Part shown: piece after piece, positions 1 through 11,200 of the stretch
How the letters are laid out: the number at the start of each line of letters is the position of its first letter
How positions within the stretch are numbered: the first letter of the stretch is position 1
From: Cycas panzhihuaensis
Taxonomy: Eukaryota; Plantae; Cycadophyta
Assembly: GCA_023213395.1 (NCBI GenBank)
Contig: CM041465.1
Span: 106,833,741-106,897,740, forward strand
DNA: 64,000 nt
Reading direction: 5' to 3'
Program-made: the position numbers and the translations under genes
Notes under the pieces: model-generated
What the model was told of the DNA's origin: nothing
Databases searched by the model: none
Seen by the model: the letters and a program-made list of their open reading frames with translations, nothing else

Positions 1-78
1 TATCCAAAGCTAGACCAAACAAGCTCTACATGAAACTACCTATACTTCAAAGGTGAAATATTTCAAGGAGAGAAGAGT

Positions 79-609
79 TGTTATGTACCTAAATTCTAAA
101 GAAGTTGGTGAAGTCATTTTTTTAGGAAGATAAAGGAAGAATTATTTAATGTATATTTATTATGAAGCCGATATTTTTAAGAGAGATAGTCATTGAATCC
201 CTAAATTAGATGAAGTCAGTATTTTGAGGAGAGAGAATTATAAATTGGGTTTAGAGAGAGAAAATAAGGCTATAAATAGAGGTGCTTCATTCATTTGTAA
301 ATCATCTTTGGGGAATTTGATATTTTGGATCTAGAATGATGGCCTAGGACCACTAGGGCACTATGTACCATTTTGGGAGGATACCATGTCAAAGAGGGCA
401 AGATATTGCTGTTATTTTATTTGGCATTTACTATTTACTGTGGCAAGTTTGATATTAATCTGATATTATTACGCAGTCTTCTATTACATCTAAATTACTG
501 TGGATATACATTTCTTATTTATGATGAAATGTTATTTTCATAAATTATCTATGGTGTGAATGCTATATTTTTTGTCTATAAATAATGGGCATCGCGATCA
601 CCCCTATCA
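79..609 (+). mobile_element. LTR-like fragment (probable solo LTR) inside CHUP1 intron 5
   Basis: Starts TGTTATG and ends CCCCTATCA. Contains an LTR-type TATA context GGCTATAAATAGAGG...CATTTGTAA at ~268-300. No target-site duplication (TSD) recognised. Confidence 0.35.
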
Positions 610-926
610 ATCTATGCATTCAATTCTGAACTACAAGATCTTGATCATACACAACAAGCAAACAATAAAGAGCACAAGTACATAGTACACAATATTTTAC
701 ATGGAAAACACTTTCGAAAGAAAACCCACCACAAACGATCAATAAATCACATTGATGAAACTTAGATGATTTTACAATGGACTCTAGGGTTATTTATAAT
801 CTCCCAAATGGTATATCCAACCCATTGGTTGCAACCCATTGTAATATTTGCACCTTTTGGCTTAACATTAACTAAACCACATTTAACATTAATCAAGTGA
901 CTTTAGCATTAACTGCCATGCTAACA
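610..926 (-). mobile_element. LTR related to the TRIM LTRs at 36957-37738
   Basis: Shares motifs AGATCTT..CATACACAACAAGCA, GAAAGAAA(A)CC and AACCACATTT(A)ACATTAAT, and the terminal CTAACA, with the TRIM LTRs. Confidence 0.55.
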
Positions 927-2078
927 TTTGCATTCTCTTTTCGGCTTTTCTTTGTCAAGGCAATAATTCTTGCAAGCATTTTTCTATTATTTCTCACTCT
1001 ATAACTTCTTTTGTGGAAATATTTCAATAGTCAAATCATTTTCTAAGCCTTCTAAATCTAAATTAGCTTGGTTCTCTACATAACTTTACCTTAAATAGGC
1101 TTACATACTTGCCATCCCATCATACACTTGACTACCCTAAATCCAAACTTTGTGCACCAGTGCCTACCTAGACCATGGTGGCCATGTACTAATGCTTTAG
1201 GTAAGCACTTCTTATCTACCCTCAAACAGATCAAAAAGTGTTCAACTACACAAAATCTATCACAAATATTAAACTCTTATGAATTTGGCCAATTTTTATC
1301 ATCTCTACCAAGTGTTGGCTAAAATACTTGACTAATGGCTAATTTTGAAAAAGAAGTATACTCTACACTATTGGTCCAACATAGGTCATATCATAGCTTT
1401 AAAAAAAGGGCATAAGACACAATCAACCTACCGATATTGATCAAAATTGCCAAATTTCACCAATTTAATCCCAAAAATGTGGCTCGAAAATTTCCCAATT
1501 GATGTATTACTATCCACTCGGTATAAAACTATTTGGCTCAATGCCAGTTATCTAGAAAATAGCTTAAGGATGCCACAATGGTGGTCTTTTAAAGATCTAG
1601 TGGCAATTGATTGAAATATTATGAATGAATGATTTTACATAAAATATGGCACTCATTGATAAAGGAACATACCCCTTTGATAACTAGTCATCACATTTCC
1701 CTCTTAATTATCTTCAACCAATCCTAAGTGTGCTTAACTAATCTACTAACCCTTAATTAAATAATATGGTCCATAAAAATGTATATAAGAAAATGAGCAG
1801 AAAAGGGCGCCTTTATTATTAATAATAGAATGCATACATACATGCAGCATGTCAGTAAGGTTGGACTCAATTGCAAATAGTGCAAAAGCATTACCGACAA
1901 TCTGCCAATCTCTCATCATCCAAACCCCCTTTCAACTGCCTTCCAAAAAACCCACTTCAGTACACAATCACAGGTAATATATCACCTATCTGGTTAGGCA
2001 GGCATTCCCAACAACCTCTGACCACTCCACACAAGTCACCAGATTACAACCAGTTCAAAATTAAAATTACAAACTAGT

Positions 2079-2400
2079 CCTAACCCGGATTATAGACTCT
2101 TCCTGGGCTTCAAACCGTTCCTAGGTTATAGATGTTTTATTCCTAACAGTTCATTGTCTCTTACAAACAGTTTGCAGCTTGTTTCTGACAGTTTAATATC
2201 TGTTCCTAGATTTATCATCGGCCGCTTTGTTCCTGGACAAACTATTCCTAACCTGGATTATAGACTCTTCCTGGGCTTCAAACCATTCCTAGGTTATAGA
2301 CTATTTTATTCCTAACAGTTCATTGTCTCTAACAGTTTGCAGCTTGTTTCTGACAGTTTATTATCTGCTCCTAGATTTATCATTGGCCACTTTGTTCCTG
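2079..2400. repeat. Intronic tandem duplication, 2 x ~165-170 bp
   Basis: CCTAACC(C/T)GGATTATAGACTCTTCCTGGGCTTCAAACC...CTTTGTTCCTGG occurs at 2079 and again at ~2247. Confidence 0.9.
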
Positions 2401-3180
2401 GGCTTCCCAGTCTGCTGTAATGTTGTGTTGTTCCTGAACGTTTCCCCATCAGCAGTATTTATAAACATTCCACCGTCTACGCTTTTCCTGGAAGTACCAC
2501 AGACTGCACTGTTCTTGGAGATTTTATACACAGCACCGCTCCTAAGCAATGTCAATTGTCTGTATCATTTATTTGATTGATCCTGTCCCAAAACTGTTTG
2601 TCCCTATGAGTTTATGTTTATTGTCTGCTGTAACCAGTAAAGATATAAAAATTCAGGGAGCCCAAAACCTTCTGAAAAGAAAACGCTTGGAATTTGTCCT
2701 TTTCTTTCTCCAAAACCCACAAATTTATTAGTCTCAAAAACAGGCTACAAAATCCTGGTAAAATTGTTTTTTAAAATCGTGAAAAACACCTAAAATTGCC
2801 TCAAAATTGACCTGTTAAAAAATCCGAAAAACAGACATTATTCCTTCACTTCAAAGCACAGCAGAACACCATTCAATTAAGTTTGAAAATGATCCTGAAA
2901 TCCCTGTCATACATATTGAATCCATTGAATCATCTTCTAAAATTCTGCAAAAAATATGAGAAACAATGGCACCTTAACTGAGTTATGTTTATGTTCACAC
3001 AGATCATGATCATTGACCACAAGAGGATCATTTTGCATGTTCTTTAACACTGGTTCCAGAAAGATACAAAAATGTGTGTTTCTTTGAGAGAAGCCTTGAT
3101 ATAAAATGAGCATTTCAAATTCGAAAAAACAAAAATAAAAGCAGACAATGAATCATCAAACTTATATGTTTCACTCAAAA

Positions 3181-3468
3181 GTAGTACAAAACAATCCTGT
3201 TCCGCTTTCATTGAAATGTTTGACATTACAACTTTCTTTTCATGATAGGGATTCACCTAAGATGTCCACTATAAGCCAGATTGTCATGCTAAACAACACA
3301 ACAGTCATTAAAGTAATAGAGTAGTACAAAGCAATGCTGTTCCACTTTCATTGAATGTTCGATGTTACAACTTTCTTTTCATGATAGAAATTCACCTAAA
3401 AGATGTCCACTATAAGCCAGATTGTCATGCTAAAGAACACAATGATACAGCCATTAAAGTAATATAGA
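3181..3468. repeat. Intronic tandem duplication, 2 x ~141 bp
   Basis: GTAGTACAAA..AAT.CTGTTCC.CTTTCATTGAA...GATGTCCACTATAAGCCAGATTGTCATGCTAAA repeated at 3181 and ~3322. Confidence 0.9.
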
Positions 3469-3698
3469 GACGCTAAGCAGAGACAAGCACAAAAGACATT
3501 ACTCCTGTCGGTTTAAAAGGGGAAAAGGCTTTGATCTTTCATGAACCTAGGCACACATAAATATTAGAAAAAAAAGCGTCATACAACAAAAGCAGCTGCA
3601 TAAGAAGCTAGTGACCATAGTTCTCCATGCAATCAAACACATTTTCAGTATCAGGATAAAAACAGCTGCCCATGTCATATGGAAGTAAAGACACTTAC

Positions 3699-3830
3699 CA
3701 AAAATGAAAGTTCCTCATCCAACCAATTCACAAAAGCCACAACATCTTCAATATTGGTATACACAGCTGCACGAACCTCAGTAGCCAGGGACTGAACAAA
3801 GTCGCCTTGGGTCTCCACATCATTTTTGAC
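3699..3830 (-). CDS. CHUP1: CHUP1 coding exon 5 (start of conserved C-terminal domain)
   Basis: AG/GT-bounded 132-nt exon encoding VKNDVETQGDFVQSLATEVRAAVYTNIEDVVAFVNWLDEELSFL, a hallmark CHUP1 C-terminal sequence. The next exon (DERAVLKHFDWP-type) was not found in 1-3698. Confidence 0.93.
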
Positions 3831-3949
3831 CTGAAAAATGAAAAAGACAGAGAGAGTCTCTCAAACAAGGCATTCACATATTCAGCACCTCTTCAACTTT
3901 ACCTCTGCCCAGCTATAAAACGCAAATGCCCAGTGTAGGTGACACTCAC

Positions 3950-5433
3950 AGATAATAGGAATGCAGACCGGTTCTCAATCTCTCCAATCATGTTATTTCG
4001 AGCATCTGCAACATTAGGTGCTGCAGATGCTATACTAGCAACCTCCTTCTTGGCTTCTCGTTTCATCAATGATTGATAGAACTCGACTAGCTCCGGAGCT
4101 CTGTGCACCTTCTGTCCCATTGATCCTTGAGATTGAGGCAAGCCACCAGGTGGTGGTGGTGGAGGTGGAGGTGGAGGCACACCAGGGGCCCCTGGTGGAG
4201 GAGGTGGACGAGGTGGAGGCATAGGTATGCTACTAGGAGCCTTTACAGGAGCACTACTAGGAGAAATATAAACTGATGGTTTAGGAGGTGGCCTTGGAAC
4301 CCTTGGAGGCCTTTTTCTACATCAGCAAGTTTAATTTTGTTGATTTCTTGAGACTCATTCGGACGCTCATTTAAATGGTCATTTGCATGCTCATTGGTTG
4401 CAGAAAATCTCTGTGCCAATGTTCCTATAGGCTTCTCTATCCTGATTCTCTGGGGCACTTTTACTACAAGCTTCTCCATCTTAACCCTTCCACCAGACAC
4501 ACCTGCCTTCAAATTTTCAGCAAATTTTTCAGCTCTTGCTTGATCTGCTTTCTCTTTAATTGTCTTCTCCCTTTCCAACGCTAATTTGTGCCTATCTTTA
4601 AAAGCAGGATATTTCTCATCAAGCATACCTCCAACAGATTTTGACATAAGTTGGAATGAAGCCGCTACATTGTTTAAAGAATCATCCTTTTGTAGGGTTC
4701 TTGTTCTTATAAAGGGAAGATTTCCTGTTTCAGGTGAACCAACAATTGATGTCATAGCATGATGAGAATCAAGAGAAGAGCTAGACTTAGCTCTTCCCAT
4801 CATGCCAGAACCATGGTCCCTTTTACCATATGTGGTGATAGCAACACTGTCACTAGAATTTCTCATCATTAAAGTTTCTAGTGGCCCCTTTGAGATTGAA
4901 TGTCTGTAACCCGGGCTCATCCTGCTTGGAGAACTTCCATCTCCTAATGACCCCCTAGGTGACACAGTAGAGTCATCCTTACTTCTTCCCCACCTTTTCA
5001 ACTTTTGAATCAAACTTGACTTTCTAGAGCTGCTATATCTGCTAGACGCACTGTCATATGAAGTGTCATCAAAATCATCACTCTCAGAAGGTGTGGATGG
5101 CTGTGATGATACACTTTCAAAGTCAGTATCTGTGCGCACTTTCTCATGCAGTGATAAGAGATCAGGTCCTGCATATTCCAACATAAGCTGCTTTGCCCTC
5201 TCCTGTGATTTGGGGCTTAAGCTCTTGCTGAGGTCCCGTGCCGATACTTTCCCGGGTGGCACTTGGTAATTCCTGAGCTCATATCGTAAACATGCATTAA
5301 CCCAACGCAAATAAACTAATTCTTCAACTTCACTAAACCGATTCAATTGCAGACCTTCAACTTGCTTTGATAGATCTTCATTTGCATGCCTCAGACTGTT
5401 GGCCTCCTCTCTTGTCTTGGCAACCATCTCATT
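3950..5433 (-). CDS. CHUP1: CHUP1 coding exon 4 (coiled coil, Ser-rich region, Pro-rich region), with a 1-bp frameshift at ~4312-4316
   Basis: Encodes LRHANEDLSKQVEGLQLNRFSEVEELVYLRWVNACLRYELRNY, KYPAFKDRHKLALEREK, poly-Pro and KVHRAPELVEFYQSLMKRE...NMIGEIENRSAFLLS. Acceptor CAG at 5434-5436, donor GTGAGT at 3949. Confidence 0.95.
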
Positions 5434-5548
5434 CTGCGAGCCAGTGAAACCCCAAATGTATTGAAGTCACATTTTCAATATGGAGAAATGAATGATAGTA
5501 GCAAAAGGAAAATTTGTAAAGTGGATTAATTTTTTAGAGAATACCCAC

Positions 5549-6274
5549 CTCTGTAATGTTGGAAAGAGTAGCAATTTGTGCTTCCGCAGCATCCAATTTC
5601 ACTGTCAACTCTCGTTTCTCATGTTGCAACTCTTTATTGATCCTTCTTAATTCCACAACTTCCACATCCAATTCTTTCAGACTGTGCAGCTTTTCTTCAA
5701 CCTCTAAATCTATCTTGGAAACTTCTCTCTCTTTAGCTTGCAGAGTAGCAACTTGTTGTTTAAGCAAAAGAAGCTGTCCTTTTGTTTGCCCAGAATCCAT
5801 CTGGATCTGTCTCTGGAACTCTTTAATCTTTGTCCTGGCTGTCTCAAGCTCTTTCTTAATTGCTGCACATTCAGCTACCTCCTCTTCCATTTTCTTCTTT
5901 TGGGCTTCCAAAGAATTTAATTTGATGTTAAGCATATTAATTTCAACTGCTTTTATTTTAAGCTGTCTTTCTAATTCTACGATACTTGTGTCATGTTCCT
6001 TCATACCGTAATACTCAAGCAATTCACCTTCAAGCTTCACTTCCCGTTCTTCCAATTCCTTGACCCGATTCCTTAATTGCTCCACTTCACCCAAGTTTCT
6101 CCTAGAGAGATTTTCATCCAAATCAACCTTCCCATTTTCTGTAGAGAATTCCAAACTACTTGAAAAAAGATCTTCAAATTCAGGCAAGAGCAGTTGTTCT
6201 CCATCAGAGGCGCTCTTACTGCTCAATGCTGGACTAATTACACTGCTGACTCTTTTAACTTCCTCTTCTTCCTC
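5549..6274 (-). CDS. CHUP1: CHUP1 coding exon 3 (EFEDL motif and long coiled coil)
   Basis: 726-nt phase 0-0 exon: EEEEEVKRVS...LLPEFEDL...VKELEEREVKLEGELLEYYGMKE...LSNITE. Confidence 0.95.
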
Positions 6275-6449
6275 CTGCGAAGCCAATCGGTTGATCAAAT
6301 AGCATGTCACAACTACAATTCAACTAAAATAAAACTACTCTTGCTTGAAGAGAAGAGAGGTGGGGGGTGGTAACTCTTACAAAGAGATGAAGAAAAAATG
6401 CTGGTTTATACAACACTCAGATCATGAATCCAAAATGAGTATAGCATAC

Positions 6450-6544
6450 CTCCTCTTTCTCCGTTGAATCGACATGAGTGTACGCATATAATTCCTTTTT
6501 GTATTCTTCGTTCTGCTGATTCTTCTCGTAACCATGTTCTAGTT
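6450..6544 (-). CDS. CHUP1: CHUP1 coding exon 2
   Basis: 95-nt exon between CAG and GTATGC. It joins exon 1 (phase 1) to exon 3 (phase 0) in frame: (E)LEHGYEKNQQNEEYKKELYAYTHVDSTEKEE. Confidence 0.75.
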
Positions 6545-6812
6545 CTGTATCACAGCAATCAATCAAAGCCCATCATCGACAACATGAAGCTAAGGGCGCT
6601 CTCCCACATATGGTCATTTTAAACTAAATCTCAGTGATAGGACTTTCCCAAATGACTCTTCCGGGGCACCACCGCTGAACTGATTTTAACATGCCCGGCT
6701 GTAGAAACACACTTGAACTTCCTATGCCCAATTTTGGACTGTGCTTTTGAAAGAACTCAGATAAATCGAATACTGATATAAAAAATCAGACAGGAAAGGA
6801 AGAATTAAATAC

Positions 6813-6909
6813 CTGCAGAAACGTCAGACTGCCCGCGCTTGTTTTTGAGCCGACCAAGTGCATATGCTGCAACGGAAGCAGTGATCGCAAGGCCTACTCT
6901 TACTAACAT
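6813..6909 (-). CDS. CHUP1: CHUP1 coding exon 1 (N-terminal hydrophobic chloroplast outer-envelope anchor)
   Basis: ATG at 6909 gives MLVRVGLAITASVAAYALGRLKNKRGQSDVSA, matching the CHUP1 N-terminus type M.VR.G..VAAS.AA. Donor GTATTT follows. Confidence 0.9.
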
Positions 6910-7559
6910 ATATCTATATTTTCTTTACCTCCCGCTCATCGCCAGTCGTCTGTGTACTTACTTTTCATTCTTCAAGTACCACCGAACTCCAGCTCCCTTA
7001 GTCGGCTAACGCAATTCTTTCCCCGTGAACTTACATGCCATGTAACCTGATCATCTTCGGGTTCTCCCCTGATTGGCTAATGCAATTCCAAAAGAAAAAA
7101 CGCTCAATTTTATTGCTACAAAAGCCAAATACAGACAATTGCTGTAAGGAGTGTCACTCTCCTCAGTAATCTGAGCAGAATTGTATTCTCGATCAATTGA
7201 TGAATGAACGAACTATACATGCCATGCAAAGAGCTGTGTCTTTCAATGGTAGCTTTGCGTTACTCATTAACTATACATTTATTCGTCACTAGTTGTTCGC
7301 CCGGTACAATTATTTTGCAATCTTTACCCAGTCGGATGAAGAGAGACACCGAAACTAACACTCTCGAATGAAAGGAAAGGGGCAAGACGGAAAACTTAGC
7401 AATAACCAATTCACTAATAAAATGATCAAAAATTACGGACTTTCAGCGCTTTGAATCCAACAAAAAAGCCAAAATAATAAAATTATTTGCCTCTACGCAG
7501 GCCAGCAATACGAATCCTTGATATTATTGATAACTTCAAAAGCATTCCGAATCGTTCAC

Positions 7560-8260
7560 AAGGAAAGCTTTAATCCTTCCCCGAAATTTGTTCGGCCAAA
7601 TCTCTCTCATTGAATAACCAGTCACCAACCGGAGACCGCGGGACGGAAAAAATACGAACCGTAATTTCATAATCCGGGCTGAATACCTCAATTTTTCAAC
7701 GGTGGTCGTATGGAGAATCCTCAATAAAGTATATCACTCGGGAGCTTTTTTTTTCCACAAAAAGGTCAAAATGCAGCAGAACGTCTGCGAGACTTAAATA
7801 TTATGAAACTTGGACCGGATGAAGCCGAAAATTTCAGCGAATGCATGAAATTATGTGGCCGATAACACGCCAGACAGACAAGCGATAAAAATTTGACGCA
7901 TATCCGTGCATTTGACGGTGCAATGCAGGATTGCCAGACGATCCCGCTAGGGTTTGACGAGTGGCGTCGGGATAAAAGAAATGCATTCAAATCAAATTGC
8001 TCGTTTGAATGTGCCGACGTGCCAAGCTCTGTTTCCCGGCCGTTCTTCCGGTAAAAGTTTCACGTCGCCGTCTAAATTTATTGGGACGCAATGATACCGG
8101 CATGCCAATCATATCGTGTCAATGGCTTTTAACGGCCAATATAGTGGTAGTCCGTCGTTCTGGACGAGCGCCACATACAAATTTTTGCTGTTCGCCCGTC
8201 TGCTTCGGTTTCTTTTCCGCTATTTGGGGAAAGGGGTGGTCCAAACTATTGGTAGTCTCG
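7560..8260 (-). promoter_or_regulatory. CpG-retaining putative CHUP1 promoter / first 5'UTR exon region
   Basis: CG dinucleotides are sharply enriched relative to the flanks. Contains TGACG, ACGT and GCCGAC cores and a possible UTR donor GAG|GTATTC at ~7686. Confidence 0.5.
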
Positions 8261-11200
8261 TAGAGAGGGGCTTATGAGATAATCAAGTAGCAGTTGAGAT
8301 TTTTCATGGGTTATGTTGCTATTAAGGGCTTAATGCAATTGCATTGAATTTTTTCTTTTTCTTTGCTTTTATCGATGCCATATGCTCCAACATTTATCAA
8401 GTGAATGTTGTTTTAGCTAAACCATTATTTTAGCAACCACTCAAAATGGCATTGTTAAACAATGGTGCTTGTTATAGTTGGAAAGAACATTTAAATTTAT
8501 GTAGGAGTGGTCTCATTTCTTGTGCACTAGATTGCTTTTTCTAGCAAAATAAGAGTGTAACCCCTTCCATGAGATCATCCACTTCACCCTCATAAGTTTG
8601 TGAGTAAATGGTCCTACTTAAAAAATGAATAATGCACTACCCTCCAAATTCAAAACGTGCGAACATTATACTATGTGCCCATTGAGTATAGTTCCTTTCT
8701 CCCTCAATATGTTAAGCGCAACACAATGTGACATAAATTGTCACTAAAAGGGGGTTAGTTTTCATCTTGACATGTCATCAAGGGGCATTGCTCGCAAATA
8801 TACTACTAAAGTGATGATGTGTGTAGCATGTGATATTGTTTTAAGAAAACCATTATGGGTTCCCAACACTATCATTATGTGGTTGCTTTTATTCAATCTA
8901 TTGTGGTTGCTCCCTTGATAGTGTTGTGTAATCCTTGTTGGTTGGTGTTGCGACTACCGTGAAGTTTGAGTCATTCTTTGAAATTCTAAGGTATATCACC
9001 TCCACACATGGGCTATAGTTTATCCCTTATCTCTCACGTAAGGTTAGAAAAACAAGAAGATTATCTTTATGGACTTTAAAGCTACCCTTGAGTCGGTTGA
9101 ACAAAGAGATGCCACTTGCATCTATCTATTTAATGTTTGTTGGGAACTTTTGTCTCAAATCAACTCATTACAACTCTCATTTCATTCTTTATTTAATATG
9201 AAGGCTACCCAACCAAACACATTACCTACAACATATGAAACTGACATTTTAACTATATGTTGAAATCCTCCACCACTTAGAACTTTACTTATAACAGCCA
9301 TGGCTATGCATGTTTTTTTTCTCTTCTTCTTATGCCTTGATTATAGATCAACTACTGTCATATGTGTATAGAAGTCCCTTACGCAAGAGTTAAGGCTCTA
9401 AACAACTTACTTAGCTTATACCTAAATTAACTATTTTATTAATAGAAATTAGTGTAAATGAAATTTTGATCCTTGTGATGAAAATAGTTAACTTAGGACT
9501 AAAGAGATTCAAGATTCACAAATTGTAGCAAAATCTTTTAATGTTCGTTGACTTGGGATGTAATCATTATTTAAAAGGTTATAAACAAGTGATTTTGAAA
9601 GATAAGTCCTCACAAACATAATAATTATAATGTAATAATTATGTCCTTTCTATATGAGACATTGATGATTGAAAATTTACAATCATGGTTTATTTAAGTG
9701 ATGATCTTGTTTTTTTTTTAATAAGCAAATAATGTGCATACAAAATATGAGGAATTTTTATGTCAAAACAAAAATGTGCTAGTGTTTCATGTTTATTATA
9801 TCAAATGTTCTTGGAAAAAATGTCCATGTTTAACAAAAATTACATCCATGTCACCCATTTAAAGTTTAATAAATTAAGGCCATTATACAACGAGAGATAT
9901 GTATATCTGAAGCCAAGTGACTATTTACTTGAAAATCATCAAAGTGAAGATAAACAACATTATGCATAGAATAAGCAAGTTATAGTAAAATCATCAAAGT
10001 GAAGATAAACAAATAATATAATAGAGAGCAAATAGCAATAGAATACAATAGAGGCATAAATTGTAATTAAAGATATAACACAACACTGTCATTAAAGAGG
10101 CATCAACATTCATTTAAAGCCTTGGAGCTTATTTTAATTTGTTTTTCGAAGAATGGCTCATTAATTATTTTGATTACAAAAATTGCTTATAATAAATTAC
10201 CCCTCCTTAAGATGTATTTTCCTTAAACCATCATGCATTTAGTTCTAAATATTTATCCAGTATACTCTTTAGTTCCCAAGATGTATCTTTAATAAATAAT
10301 TATTTTCGTTTAATGACAAAATTGTTCATGACCTTAGTTAATTTCAGCTTATGTTGAACCTTTAAAACATGCTCTAGAATGACGATAAGTTTTCCTCCCT
10401 AGTCTAGTATGGAAAACTCCATTTGAATTAGAGAAATTCCCCTAACTTTGTCTTTAAATAAGGCACATGGAATACATTATGAATTTTGGCATAATCTATC
10501 TTACCTATCCACTATTTGATGTGATAGAGACCATAAAATCTAGGATTCAATCTTTCCTTATGAATCACATGAGGAAAGCTTGTTTGTAGGGTTGTAGTCA
10601 CATATAACCCAAACTCTTATTTGGAATTCTCTTTTAATACACTAACCATCAACTTATCACTGCATGTAAGTATGAGCATATCTACAAAATACTCATGCTC
10701 CTTCATAATCATGATGAAAGCGTGAGACTCTCATAGATAGTCTCAACTAATTAGAGCTTGGGTATTATTCAAAACTTAAGCTTTTAATGGTTACATTTGA
10801 ATGGATGCATGATAAGTGGTGTTGAATCAAGATTCGACTTTATAAAGTTGCTTAACCCATATACTTTGTTTCTTTAATATAAATACTCTTCTTAAGCATC
10901 CCTCTAAACATTTTTTCATAACTTCAATCTATCGTTTAGTTAGAGTATGATAAATCCATACTCCTTACTTTAATGAAATAACATAAAATAAATAATTTTT
11001 TTTTTTTTTTATGTGTCATAAACTATATGCACACTAACCTAAAGTATTCATTTTGCCTATCTAAACCCATTTCACATGCATAAAAAATGAAAAAACTAAT
11101 GAGAACAAGAGTTTCCTTTACATCCTTAAGATATATGCATGTTAAATAAAGTAGAATATGATAAAAGTAAGGTCATTTGATGTTGGGAATCCCTTTTAAA

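Noticed and set aside
2654-2905. Possible hAT-type MITE (CAGGG...CCCTG ends)
   Set aside because: The terminal match is only a few bp and no TSD is visible.
4375-6302. Plus-strand ORFs overlapping CHUP1
   Set aside because: Antisense shadows of CHUP1 exons with no recognisable motifs.
6920-6935. Strong-looking donor GAG|GTAAAG that could give an anchor-less CHUP1 isoform from the upstream ATG
   Set aside because: Phase 2 join to exon 2 is out of frame and terminates early in exon 3.
9932-10011. 25-bp direct repeat AAAATCATCAAAGTGAAGATAAACA with ~30-bp spacer (CRISPR-like geometry)
   Set aside because: Only two copies in eukaryotic DNA with no cas genes; a simple local duplication.
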